Positions 51,701 through 64,000 of a stretch of DNA of 64,000 nt are shown piece after piece. The notes beneath the pieces were generated by a model. That model searched no databases. It was not told the DNA's origin and was given only the letters and a program-made list of their open reading frames with translations. The position numbers and the translations under genes were made by a program. The stretch lies in the NCBI GenBank assembly GCA_963514005.1, contig OY740805.1, positions 20,584,001 to 20,648,000 of the forward strand, written 5' to 3'. How positions within the stretch are numbered: the first letter of the stretch is position 1; every line of letters starts with the position of its first letter. The DNA is from Raja brachyura (taxonomy: Eukaryota).

Positions 51701-52719
51701 CTGGGCAAACACAAAAGAGAAAGGAACAGTCGGTTCTACATTGGAGAATCCAGCATAGACTAGCCAACTATTTTGCAGATCGCATAAGGTGGGAAGAGGC
51801 TCATGTGGACTATATGCAGCAGTGTTGACAGGATAGGCAGAGTGGCCTGTTTCTACACACTTGTTTCCACTACAACCTTGTATTACGTTGACTGCCAATT
51901 CATTTTTGATCATTTTGTTCCCATTCTTTCTGTAAAAAATACAAAATCAACTTTGACGTAAGATAACTGTGATTGATGCTGTTGCAAATAAATGGAGGCA
52001 TTACATTTTCTTAACGACAATTTAATTATTTGCCTTGCATATTATATCTTTCATATTATATCTTGCATATTCCATATATCTTGCCTTCACTTTGCAACAT
52101 GAAGCAGGGTGCAATCCAATGTGTTTACTTGAATTTCATGCCCATCTATTTCCAAAAATCTTGTACTCAATGGTCTATTCATCAAGCACATTCTACAGGC
52201 AACTATTATTAGGTTAAATCACAAGAGCAGCACTTGTTCCAAATCAGCCACATAAAATGAACTTGATTACTGTGCCACCAATCACTGTGGGCAATTTTAT
52301 ATTCATATAGATGATAAATTCTTTGCATTAGATTAGAAATGTACAAAGTACAAACAATCAAGACGTTTTGACATAATCAAATAACCAAGCATTTTGTAAC
52401 AACATTTATTGGTGCTGAGTCTCAGAATAAATGCAATGTTAAAACAAAATATATTCTATCCAATAATGACTGTAGCTAATGGAATCTCCAACTAAAAACA
52501 GAAGACTGAAAACATTCAATGGCTCAAGCAAAATTATTGGGACAAATTGTTGATATCACAAATAGGGTCAAGAACCTGCACCCGGCATGTGAGGGAAGAG
52601 GATGGCAGGGAGGAATAGGGCGAGGCTGGTGAATAAAATGTAGAAGCAGGTGGGGAGAGGATAATGGGTAAATGGAAACAGGTAGGAGAGGAGGAAGAAG
52701 AGGTGAACCACAGGAGAAT

Positions 52720-53285
52720 AAACTTTTCAGGTGAGACAGAGGTTCACTTGCACCTCTTTCAAATTTCCCTACTGCATTCACTGCTCACACTGTGGTCTTC
52801 TCTACATTGGAGAAACTAGCTTAGACGTCAACCATTTTGTAGAGCACCTACCCTTTGAAGTAAACAGAATCCTGAGACGTTGTATGGTATTTTAACCCCT
52901 TTTCCCACTCTCACACTGACCCATCTGTCGTTAACCATGGGCACTGAAAGTTTCAAGTAAAATGTCTGATAATCCACCTGGGTACCTTACAAGCCGATGG
53001 TATGAATATAAAGGTTTCACATTTCAGCTTATCCATACCACTGGTGTTCATTTGTTCTCCCACAACCACCCCTACACTAACTTTGCTCCATCTGCCCATC
53101 ATCCCCTTCCCAGCTGATTCCACCTGCCACTTACCAGCCTCTGTCCCATTCCTCCTTCAACCTGTTAGAATCTGGCCATCCTCTCCTTCAAATCTAATGC
53201 AGTGCCTTGACTTGAAATGTTGGTATATGTCACTTGCCTCCACAGATGCTCTTTGACCAAGTGCTTCCACTGGCCTTTCTTTAGT
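52720..53285 (+). mobile_element. Old Penelope-like GIY-YIG fragment and terminal repeat
   Basis: CAGGTGAGACAGAGGTTCACTTGCACC (VRQRFTCT) and LLYIGET. Confidence 0.7.
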
Positions 53286-53445
53286 CTAAAATTCTTGTTG
53301 GAAATAACCACAAAGTCTTACTCTATCTATAATTGAAACCATTTAATTGGTGATCTGAGAGAGCTTTCTAAAATCATGAGGGTGATTGACCAGGATTTAT
53401 TTTACCCAGGGTAGGGTATCAAGAACCAGCAAAAACAGGTGTAAG

Positions 53446-54064
53446 CAGTGTTCAATGCTAATTCTTTAGGTGTCAAAGCTATCAAACTGCGGCGTCATTT
53501 CAGATTTTGCTGGGGGGGCAAGATAGTCTCCCTAGAGGGTCAAACAAGATTATAGCCTATCACTACATCCCAGTGTATAGATAGTACATTCAAACATATA
53601 ATACTTAATTTAATAATGACAAAATATTGCACGATTTCACTCACTGATTATCACAAACTATAATTATGAAGCAAGTAAAGAGATATACGGTTGTCATGTA
53701 TTTTTACAGAGGAGCCGGCAACACACCGACGCACCCTGACTATCCCGCAGCTCTGGGCCTTCACACACACACACACACACACACTCACCCTCACACCCAC
53801 TCACCCACCCACCCGAGTTCCAGTCTCATCAACAGGCCCACAACCACAAACAATGCACACATCACATGGCCAGACTCTGCTGCATCCTAGTGCTCCCCCT
53901 CCAACAGGGAACCTCAGTAGTGATGGTTCTTCCCCTTACCCCTCTTTTAATAAGGATACCCCGATCACACATCCGCTAGTTAAAATTCCACGCTGTTTAT
54001 TATATTTTTTAAACTGAGTTGCCGGATCGGTGCTCCGGTCAGCTCCGGCAGCACTGCACCCCTG
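53446..54064. mobile_element. Non-autonomous hAT-like element inserted in a CR1 3' fragment (53345-54310)
   Basis: 8-bp TSD GGTGTAAG/GGTTTAAG; imperfect CAG..TGCT TIRs; CR1 sequence resumes after it. Confidence 0.75.
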
Positions 54065-54324
54065 GGTTTAAGGTGAGAAGGAAGATTTAGTAGGAACCTG
54101 AGAGACAACTTTTTCTATTAAGAGGTTACTGGATGAAGCCAGAGAAGGTAGAATAACAACATTGAAAAGACACTTGGACAGGTACATGGATAGAACCTGT
54201 TGAGAGGAAAGTGGGCCAAATGCTGGCAGATGTGACCTAAATATAGCATTTTGTTCAGCTTGGAGCATTAGGCGGAGGAACCTGCTTCCGTGCTATATGG
54301 CTCTATGACTCTTTGTTAGATGAA

Positions 54325-54890
54325 CATAAACATGGCAAATGGAGTTTAATAATGGAAAATATGTGCTCACGCACACTGGTAAGAGCAATTAAAAGGAAGC
54401 TATTATCTAAATGGAGTGAGATGGCAAATTAGTGGAGTACAAGAGATTCAAGTGCTTAAAGTGCAAAAAAAAATGCCAGCAGGTAGGTGCAGCACACAAC
54501 TCAGAAGGTGATTAGCATATTGGCATTCAAAGGTAGGTTACTATTGTAATTATGGTACATTATGTTGCTAAGGACATATCAGGAGCACTGTGCACAGCTT
54601 GGTCCTCAGATTTAAGAAAGGATATATTAATATTGGATATCACCCTGAAGAGATTTCTGGAATATGCCTAACAATGAATGGCTGAAATCACTGGTTCTGT
54701 GTCCCTTGGAGATGACAAGAAACAGAGTGAACCATATGAATGTATTAAAGAGGCATGGTGGGGTGGTGAATTGGTGGATAATCCGTGGATATATTCTAAA
54801 AGAACAGGGAATTGTGTGGAATAAGCACATTGAAGGAGTTGAAGCCTCAGTCATATCAGCTATTATCAACATAAATTGCTAGATAGCTCT
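54325..54890 (+). mobile_element. Very old CR1 fragment
   Basis: TGGCAAATGGAGTTTAAT (WQMEFN) and downstream remnants. Confidence 0.55.
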
Positions 54891-55184
54891 AATTTGTACA
54901 AATCCACGGCAGTCTATTGAGAATTTCTGTCATGTTTGATGAACTTAATTTAACTCTTTCCATTTATTTCAGTTCCTGTATTTTAATCACATCCATGAAA
55001 TCTACTACTCAGCGATTGGTCAGCAGTGCACGTTCTGGTTTGGTTGAATATTTTGATCATCTGAGGATGGAAATTAAATATTACACAACTAAGAAATGGC
55101 AGGGAACAGAACTCAGAAAATGCAACTTGTTTATTCGCTTTAACTGTTGATTCATCGCATGTAACATCTACCTTCCAGATATAA

Positions 55185-55690
55185 TGGCACAGCGCCAGAC
55201 ACCCGGGTTTGATCCTGACAGCGTGATGTCTGTACGGAATTTGTACCTTATCCATGTGACTGCATAGGTTTTCTCCGGGTGCTCCAGTTTCCTCCCACAT
55301 TCCAAAGACAGACGTGCAGGTTTGTATGTTAATTGACTTGTGTCCCAAGCTAATGTGGGTGATCGTTGGTTGGTGTGGACTCAGTGGGCCGAAGTGTCTG
55401 TTTCAATGCTCTCTCTCGGAATAATCAAAAACTCAATACTCCTTCAAATACTTTCGTTCACACAAGTTCTATGTCATCCAACTTTCGTTTCCACACTAGG
55501 GTCAAATTACAGAGACCAATTAACCCATAAACCCTGGCATCATTAGTATGTATGTGGAGACTGGAGTACAGTGGAAACCCATGCGGTCATAGGGAAAACA
55601 TGCAACCTTCACACAGCCGACAACCGAGGTTAGGATTGAACTGATGTCTCTGACGCTCTGAGGCAGCAGCTCTATCAGCTGCGCCACTCT
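55185..55690. mobile_element. Two V-SINE copies in opposite orientations
   Basis: Same core as 28289-28598. Confidence 0.7.
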
Positions 55691-56224
55691 GCCTCAGGTT
55701 GCGTCATGTTCAGCACAAACGGTGTTGGACAAAGGACCTGTTCCTCTATTAGAGGGGCATTCCCATGCATCGTAAAATTCAGCGAACTCAGCACCATTGG
55801 GTCACTGGAAGTATTCCCTGCCTGACCATCAGATCCCATTGAAATGCCTCCAGATCAGTCAGACAGACATCAGTTAGGCAGTACCTGCCTGCAAATGATT
55901 CATGTCCCTCCAACCACTGCATCTCCATGCACACACGAAGGTACACCCCAGACGCCACCATCCCTGGCAGTGCTTTCCAGGCACACACCACATAGTGTGT
56001 AATAAAAACCTGCCCTTTTAAAAAAACTGCAGCTTGTACCCTGCACTGAATATAATGCAATAAGTTAAATGCCATAGTAGGCATTTAGTTAATTGGGATA
56101 ATTTTAGTCAATTGGGAGGTGTGATTGCAAATCTTGTACAATATCATAAACCAAGTAAAATGTGACAAAGACAAAATGGACAGGCACAAAGATCAGAATA
56201 ATCGTGAACATCAATAACATGTCA

Positions 56225-56770
56225 TGGTACTGAATAAAACAGTTGGGATGTTCTGCTACAGTTGTACAAGATGTTGGTGAGGCCACATATGGAGTATTGT
56301 GTTAAGTTGTTGTCACCCCACTATCGGAAGGATGTCATTAACAGGGCCTGAGATTCAGGGAGAGGATGGGCATGCTTGGGCTCTATTCTTTGGCACGCAA
56401 GAGGCTGAGGGGTGATCTTATGGAGGTTTATAAAATCAAGGAGCATAGATAGATTTAATGCACAGAATGTTTTAACCAGCCTTGTGTAATCAAGAACCAG
56501 AGGACTTAGGTTTAAGGTGAGAAGGAAACGAGTTACTTGGAACCAGAGGAAGTGGAAATATGGAACAACATTCCAGGGGAAGGAGTTGAGGCAGATATTA
56601 AAAAAGGATTTAGAACACACTTGGACAGGTACATACTGTAGATAGGAAAGGTTCAGTGAGATATGGGTCAATTGTAGGAACAGCGGTCTAGTTTAAACAT
56701 GGCATCTTGGTTGGCAAGGCCAAGTTGAGGCAAAGGACCTGTTTCCATGCCGAATTACGCTATGGCTCAG
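56225..56770 (+). mobile_element. CR1 3' fragment
   Basis: GGCTGAGGGGTGATCTTA and 3' UTR similarity. Confidence 0.7.
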
Positions 56771-57339
56771 TGGGTTTGGAAAGCCAATTCCTTTCTGTTT
56801 CATTGCTAAATGTTAGTTAATCACCCTCACGTATAGTGACCACAATGGGAAAGGCATGACCACGACTGGTTGACAGTGATCATAAGCTAACCATTGCCTC
56901 AATTCAAATGTGCATGTTGTTGATGTTCAATGACTAAATTGTTGCTGCATTTTTGGTTTTTGCGAGAGGTTAAGGTGAGAAATGTCCTGGTTCTGATCTG
57001 GGTGCTGGAACTGCTAGACATCTTGATACCATGAAAGTAGAACCCCCGTTTCAGGAAATATACTTGCTGCTAGGTGTCTCAGACCAGCAATGCCAGGGAA
57101 CATTGTATTTTGAAGAGGAAATATGAAACAAACAAGGCCAAGTGCTCGAGAAAGCAGCACGTCTGTTATTTCAATGAAAACTCTGCTCTTCATCCATCTT
57201 GTCATTTTGATCACCCAGTTTTGTTTATAATATTATATAACATTTGCAATCAATTCTTACAGTTTATGACATTTACAGCTGGCATGAAGATGCATCAGTC
57301 AATACCTTCTGTCTTCCAATTTAGTTTATTTAATAGAAA

Positions 57340-57810
57340 GATAGAAACATAAAAAATGGGTGCAGGAATAGACTATTCGGCCCTTCGAACCAGCACCGCC
57401 ATTCAATAAAATCATGGCTAATCATCCAAAATCAGTACTCCATTCTGGCTTTTTCCCCATATCCCTTGATTCCCTTAGCCCTAAAAGCTAAATCTAACTA
57501 TCTTGACAACAGTGATGCAGTGTGTAAACAGGCCCTTTGTGCCACCAAATCCATACTCACCAGCAATCACCTATTCATAATAGATTTCCCATCCACTCCC
57601 TACACTATCAGAGTGATTTACAGAGGATGATTACATGCAAACCCCGCTCATCTTTGGGATATGGGAGGAAACCAGAGCTCCCTGAGGAAACCCACATTGT
57701 CACAAGGAGAATATGCAAACTCCACATAGACAGTACCCGAGGTCCAGATTGAACCTGGGTCTCTGGCGTTGTGAGGTAGCAGTTCTACCAGCTGAACTAC
57801 CACGCTGCCT
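57340..57810 (-). mobile_element. CR1 3' tip and a V-SINE copy
   Basis: ATAGAAACATA tail with antisense CR1 UTR; antisense SINE core. Confidence 0.7.
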
Positions 57811-58704
57811 TATGTACAAACTCTAAATCCTACATTGACTTTCCCTTCCACTTGTTATATTCAACACAATAACTCCTATACACAGGAGGAAAGTGAACTG
57901 CAATTCATCGCCAGAATATCTCTTACAACATTGTGATCACAGGCAAGAAACTAGTGATATAGATGACTGAATTTACACTTAAACCTTGATCATCCAGCTC
58001 TCTTGGGATTTGGGAAATGGTAGATTTTAAGGATGCTGCATGTTACTCCAAACATACTTTTATTCAACTAATTGTGGCACTTGTTGAGCAAGTCAGTGGT
58101 TGAGGTGCATCTACACACTACGGTCAGACTTAACCGGAGGAATACCCATTGTAATTTGCCAGAAGATTCTCGAACCAGAATACCACTTTTCCATGGTCTC
58201 CAGGGATGTTGCCTGACCTGCTGAGTTACTCAGAGTTACTGCCCCTCGCAGTCTTTCCCAATCTTATAATTCAAAAATAGTCAGCATCTTTCTACACCAT
58301 AAAGAGGCATGGAAATACACCAACATGGCCTTTGTCCCATTGAGTTTGCACCAACCATTCATGTACACTAATCCTACATTTGTCCCACATTCTCATCAGC
58401 TCTCCACAAATTGTATCATGCACAATCTAGGGGACAACTAACCAACCAAACCATGTTTTGGGGATGTGGGAGGAAACCAGAGCACCTGGGGAAACCCACA
58501 TGGTCACAGGAACAACATGCAAAGTCTACAGATATAACAGCCAATGTTGGTATTTAATTCAGGTCCCTGACTCCATGCTGCCCTGTTTCACATTGTAATC
58601 CACCTGTCATGTTGTTGCTCATTCAATCGGCTTTCCACCTTGAACCATTTTTCCCACCACTACTCACATTCCCACAATTTTGAGTCTTCCTGTAACCGTG
58701 GCCA

Positions 58705-59370
58705 CGGAGGCGGCCACTGTGCGCAGCGGTAGAGTTGCAGCATTACAGTGCTTGCAGCACCGGAGACCCAGGTTCAATCCTGACTACATATGCTGTCTGT
58801 ACAGAGTTTGTACGTTCCCCCCCGTGGGTTTTCTCCGAGATCTAAGGTTTCCTCCCACATTCCAAAGACTTACAGGTATGTAGGTTAATTGGCTTGGTGT
58901 GTGTGTGTAGGATAGTGTTAATGTGTGGGGATTGCTGGTCAGCGCAGACTCGGTGGGCCGAAGAGCCTGTTTCTCTAAATTAAACTAAACTAAACTAGTT
59001 AATGTTAAACTGCAACCAATCTGCCTCGTAGCTGACTTGGATTATGAGCAGTGCGAGCCCCAACAGAGCAGCACAGTGTCACAACTAGTAGAGCTGATGC
59101 CTCACAGCAACACAGACCCGGGTTCAATTTTCACCTTGAGTGCCATCTATGTGGAGTTTGCACATTCTCCGTGTAACCGCATTGGATCCCTCCAGGGGCT
59201 CCGGTTTCCTCACACATCCTAAGATGGTTCAGTTTATAGTTTAATTGGCCACTGTAAATTACCCCTAGTGGGTGGGTGACTGGATGAGAAGGTGCAATGA
59301 GATAGAATTCATGAGAACAGGTGGTTGGCATGGACTCAGTGGGCCAAAAGGACTGCTGGCATGCTGTACT
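58705..59370 (+). mobile_element. Two tandem V-SINE copies
   Basis: A/B boxes, conserved core and (TAAAC)n tail. Confidence 0.8.
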
Positions 59371-59596
59371 TTTCAATGATATCTCTAGGATTTGGTGCAA
59401 TTAATCCATAATGTCTACCTTTTTATTTTACTCTGAATTCACAATTTTCAAATATCTGATTATCTGAAACATTTAACAACAGCACAAAGGCTAGTTGACA
59501 TTGGTGACTCGAGGCATTTCAGGTGTAGCTGCTGCCTTATTCTACTTGAGATCAATCATTTATTCAAGCCCAATACCTTTATTAGCAACATCTTAC

Positions 59597-59704
59597 CTCT
59601 CCTCTTTTTTCTCCACCAAACAATTACTGCCAAGACAATAGCCAGCAATATCAGCACACACACGGCAATAAGGCCGATGTGCCTGTCTTTCCTCCTATTT
59701 CCTT
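59597..59704 (-). CDS. MHC class I-like gene, transmembrane exon (108 nt)
   Basis: TTATTTTTCAG|AAGGA...AGAG|GTAAGA; EGNRRKDRHIGLIAVCVLILLAIVLAVIVWWRKKRR; phase 1. Confidence 0.85.
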
Positions 59705-60329
59705 CTGAAAAATAAGAATGCATAATTTTACAAATCAATTGTTAAGCTGTGCAGCTAAATAGATTGGCACTGTCTGAGGACTTCAGGATGAAGAAGGGTC
59801 TCGACCCGAAATGCCACCTATTCCTTTTCTCCAGAGATGCTGCCTGACCAGCTGAGTAAATCCAGCAATTTGTGTCCATCTTCAGTGTAAACCAGCATTT
59901 GCAGTTGCTCCTTACACATGGACAGGGGACGTTTCGTTTTGGGACCCTTCTTCAAACTTTGTTTGAGAAATTGATTAGAAGTCTTTGAAAATGCAACAGG
60001 AACCCGTAGACAACGCATATTCGAGCAGCAGTAGTTTGCAGGTGTGCACAGCCTAAAATTCTAAAACAAAATGATGGAATAGCAGAATAGGTAACAACAT
60101 TGGAATGAGAAACAAAAGAAATACAAGATATTGTAGAGATCCAAACGTGAACAAATCAATGTTTTTTAAAGAAATACAGTTTTTGCACACATGTGTGTTT
60201 TTTAAGAACGAGCAAAGTTCCTGCCGTTGCAATCAGGCACACCAGTTAACTGGCGATGAACTCATCACCAACTCCCACGAAAACTCTGTCACGTGGTAGA
60301 CCCAGCTGCCCTGACGAGGGTTCTAGCAA

Positions 60330-61510
60330 TAAATGGCCCGACCACCAGATGTCGCCAGAATATCTGGATTTTCATAAGATATCTGATCAATTGATGCAAA
60401 GGCACATGGCTTATGACACTGGGGGTAATAATTAGCATGAATGGAAAAACAATTAAGAGCAAGCAGAGAGTTGTCTTAAAGGAGTGTTCAGGTTGGGAAA
60501 CTGCATCTGCAAGTTGGGAATCAATGCAAGAAAGTGAACTACTTATCGTTGGCATTAAGAGCAGATGAAGGGACTGATGGTGCTGTAGCCTAGATTGCTG
60601 ATGATACATAGATAGGTTGGAAATTAAGTTTTGGAGTATGTCAACAGTCTTCAGAGTGAAACATCAGATTGCTTAGTTGTGCATTGTTCGAGGGAATCTT
60701 CAAAAGTGAGCATTTGTGTAGGTTAGTGCAGCATACATTGAATCAATCTGGTATGATCACTGTTTGTCAGGCAGTTATATTGTTCGTTGCAGAAGCTGTA
60801 ACTTGCGTCACGGAACTTGCTTCATTAGGTTTAGTTTTATTAATGCCAGATGTTTCAAGACACAGTGAAAAGGTGTTGTTTGTATGCTATCCAAAGAAAT
60901 TAGATAAGACTATACATAAATACAAATACAAAATAATAGATAGAGCAAAGAGCAGGATACAGAGTACAGAATATAGTTCTCAGCATTGTAACGCATCCGT
61001 TCCATAGACAATGTTCAATGTGCAATGAGGTTGAGGTGAATCGGGCATTAAACCTACATTATGGAAGGACCCTTCCGAAGCCTGATAACAGATGGAAAGG
61101 GGGTGTTCCCGAGCCTGGCAGTGCATATTTTCAACTTCATGTACCAATTGTGTGATGGGAGCAGGAAGGAGGAATGACCAGGGTGGACCAAGGCAACCTG
61201 GTGTAGATTGACTCAATAGTGGCTTGTGTGACGATCTTTAACTCTTTGTATATTCTTGCTGTCTTATACAGTGCAGTTCCCAAATCAAGATGTGATGCAA
61301 CCCAACAACATGCTTTCTCTAGCGGCATCTATAGATGTTTGCTAGAGTCGCCAGAGACATTATGAATGTTCTCAGTCTCCTGAGGAAGTAGAGGTGTCGG
61401 TGTGCCTCCTTGGCTATGTGGTCAGTCCATGACAGAATATTGTATATATTCATGCCAAGGAACATGAAGCTCTCAATCATTTCCACTTCGGACCATTGAT
61501 TTGGATTGGG
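60330..61510. mobile_element. Old CR1 fragment (+, 60330-60700) and Rex1/L2-like 3' fragment (-, 60830-61510)
   Basis: Degenerate RT similarity. Confidence 0.5.
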
Positions 61511-61842
61511 GCATGTACTCCCCCAGTGCCTTGCTGTTAATCACATCATGAGGAAAGATTCATTTTTTATTTAAACATACATTTCTGGGATTTCAGTTCC
61601 ACCACTGAGAAACCCAAATACTCCTTCCTTGTATATTAGTTATTTATTTATTTTGATAAATTTTCTGTTGACAAAGTCTTCTGCTCAAGTGGAGAGTGGG
61701 TGCTGATTACGTGATTACTTAGAGCAACACCACTAAACAAAGAAAGTTTAAGCATCTTGGAATATGTGATGTAGTCATAATGATTAAAATGGAAACAACA
61801 GAAGATAATGATGATCCATGAAAGAATATTTAATGTTCTTAC

Positions 61843-62109
61843 CCCAGATGATGGTCTTCCCACCGGGCAGGCTGCTGTGATCGACATGACAGGAATACTG
61901 TTTCCCATCATACGGATCATACTCAAGGACAGACTTTAGATGATATGTTCCATCGTTGTTGGGTATGACCTCAGAAGATTTGGTCTCAGAGACATGTTGA
62001 CCATTCTGCAACCAGCTGACATTGATGGCCGGTGGATAAAATCCAAACACAGTGCAGTACAGGACTGAATGATCATCAGGGCGGGCAGTGAGAGTGACTT
62101 CAGGGGAAA
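61843..62109 (-). CDS. MHC class I-like gene, alpha3 (C1-set Ig) exon (267 nt)
   Basis: TCTTGTAG|TTTCC...TGGG|GTAAGA; VSPEVTLT..LYCTVFGFYPPAINVSW..PNNDGTY..YSCHVDHSSL. Confidence 0.93.
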
Positions 62110-62264
62110 CTACAAGACAGTAAGTTGGTTATTTTCACCTTCAGTAAAACTTGCACAGTCACCCACCACAAAATATTCTTCAGTCTACTACAACAACCAA
62201 GTTACTGTCCACATCTGCCCCATTTTACCTCTTTCGTCACCATCAACCAACCACGTGGTTTAAA

Positions 62265-62750
62265 AGAGGTGTACAAGAATGAACCCAGGAATGAATGGGT
62301 TAACATATGATGAGCATTTGATGGCAGAGAACCTGTACTCGCTGGAATTTAGAAGAATAAGGGGGGACCTCATTGAATCATATCAAACAGTGAAAGGGTT
62401 GGATAGAGTGGATGTGGAGAGAATGTCTCCACTGGTGGGAGAGTCTACGACTAGAGGTCATTGTCTCAATATTAAAGGACATTCCTTTAGGAAAGAGATG
62501 AGGTGGAATTTATTTTGTCAGAGGGTGGTGATTCTGTAGAATTATTTGCCACAGAAGGCTTTGGAATCCGTCAATGGATATTTTTTAAGGCATAGATGGA
62601 TTCTTGATTATTATGCATGCTAGGGGTTATGGGGAGAAGGCAGGAGAATGGGGTTAGGAGGGAGAGATAGATCAGCCATGATTGAATGGCGGAGTAGACT
62701 TGATGGGCCGAATGTTCTAATGCTGCACCCATCACTTATGACCTTATGCA
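62265..62750 (+). mobile_element. CR1 3' fragment
   Basis: LYSLEFRRIRGDLIE, 3' UTR, (CTTATGA) tail. Confidence 0.9.
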
Positions 62751-63062
62751 TCAGTTGGCTTCCTCCATGTGCTCCAGTTTTGTCCCATGTACCAAGGACG
62801 TGCCGGTAAGTTAGTTGGACATTGCAAATTATCTGAAGTGGAGCTGAATGAATGGAGAATCCGAGGGAGCTGAGTGCAAGTTGTGAGAGAGAGCTGTTGA
62901 GCAGTTAGTCGACATTGCATTGAAAACTAGCATAGACTAAATGGGCCGAATTACCTTTCCCTCTGTCATGATTGGGTCAGAGATAATATTACTCATTGCC
63001 TCAGAGTGAAATATTACTCATCGCCCACCATCAAAAAACAACATCCTTTGTTCTGAACTCAC

Positions 63063-63338
63063 CTTCCCTGGTCAGGTATGTCTTTCCAATTGCATAGTAT
63101 GTATGTCATCGTTCCACACAGTCATTTTCTAACAAGCTCTTGAAATAACGGTTCATTTTTACATTCTTGTCCCATTTCTCTTTGAAGGGCTCAGCTGCTG
63201 GATCATGCACTGTCCACTTTAGTGTGTTCTTATCAAAACTAAATGCATATCTTCCATCATAAGCCAACTTCAATATCCCTCCATTGGGACTGTGATCGTT
63301 CACCTCACAACCAAACTGTCCTTGAATATAGTGATAAT
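63063..63338 (-). pseudogene. MHC class I-like gene, alpha2 exon (276 nt), with an in-frame TGA at 63106-63108
   Basis: TTTCTTTCAG|ATTAT...GAAG|GTGAGT; YHYIQGQFGCEV..AYDG..W..KEKWD..LLENDCVER*HTYYAIGKTYLTRE; canonical alpha2 exon length and Cys pair. Leader and alpha1 exons should lie beyond the window end. Confidence 0.92.
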
Positions 63339-63475
63339 CTGAAAGAAAGACAAAATCATTATTTGATTAATTGTTATGACACCAGGGTCCAAGTCATTTA
63401 TAAATGTCACAAGTAGCAAGGGTCACAGCACAGACCCTTGCAGAACTCTACTTGTCACTGAACTACACCCTGAAT

Positions 63476-63930
63476 ATTTGGCCTTCCGTGCAACTGTAGA
63501 GACCATACTATTGTACGGGTGTGAGGCATGGACTCTCACTCCAGCACTGTCCAAGTCTCTCGATGGTACCTACACCCGAATGCTCAGAATAGTTCAAAAC
63601 CACATCACCAATGCTCAGCTCCATGGGGAGACTCCACCTCTGGCCGAGAAGATCACGTTGAGAAGGATGAGGCTCGCAGGTCACTGCCACCGCCACCCAG
63701 AAATGCCAGCAAACAAAGTTGTGCTGTGGGAACCAACCCATGGAAGACTCGACCCGGGACGACCAATCAAGACGATGCTGAAGATGTTTATGGAAGACCC
63801 ATCTGCAGAGACAAAAGAGCAGCTTGCCAGCTGAATGGAGGACAGAGATGTGTGTTGTGTCTGTCATCGTGCCCGTCAGAAACCAGCATGGCACTAATGT
63901 TATCAACGATTAGTATTATTATTATTATCA
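63476..63930 (+). mobile_element. RTE-clade LINE 3' fragment
   Basis: ILLYGCEAWTL..YTRMLR..RRMRLAGHCHRH..GRP; (TAT)n tail. Confidence 0.8.
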
Positions 63931-64000
63931 TCCACTACACCGCTCTATCCTGGGGATTTATCCACATTTCTCTTCAAGTGACCCAACATCTCCTTCTTAC

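Noticed and set aside
16028-63108. Selenocysteine recoding of the two in-frame TGA codons
   Set aside because: The positions align with Trp and Leu, not Cys, and no SECIS was recognised.

Overview
Repeat-rich vertebrate DNA, most likely from a cartilaginous fish (skate or ray). The species is inferred from the repeat families and gene types, not established. Host genes: (1) two divergently transcribed two-exon GPR139-like class A GPCR genes, each with a 70-nt first coding exon. The minus-strand copy (15533-17723) carries one in-frame TGA. The plus-strand copy (31811-44452) is intact, but its intron holds a near-complete young Gypsy LTR retrotransposon (32189-40513). (2) The alpha2, alpha3 and TM exons of a divergent non-classical MHC class I-like gene (minus strand, 59597-63338), with one in-frame TGA in alpha2. 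The rest is transposon debris: the 3' end of a DIRS element, an L1/Tx1 ORF2 fragment nested in a CR1, many CR1s, Penelope-like elements with hammerhead-ribozyme-like ends, hAT and Harbinger-type non-autonomous elements, V-SINEs, RTE and Rex1-like fragments, and four N gaps. The most unusual structures are in the Gypsy element: a 77-bp LTR-internal direct repeat that brackets the poly(A) signal with splice sites, and a G_GGA_AAC slippery site followed by a predicted pseudoknot. Boundaries of degenerate repeats are approximate, and no database searches were run.
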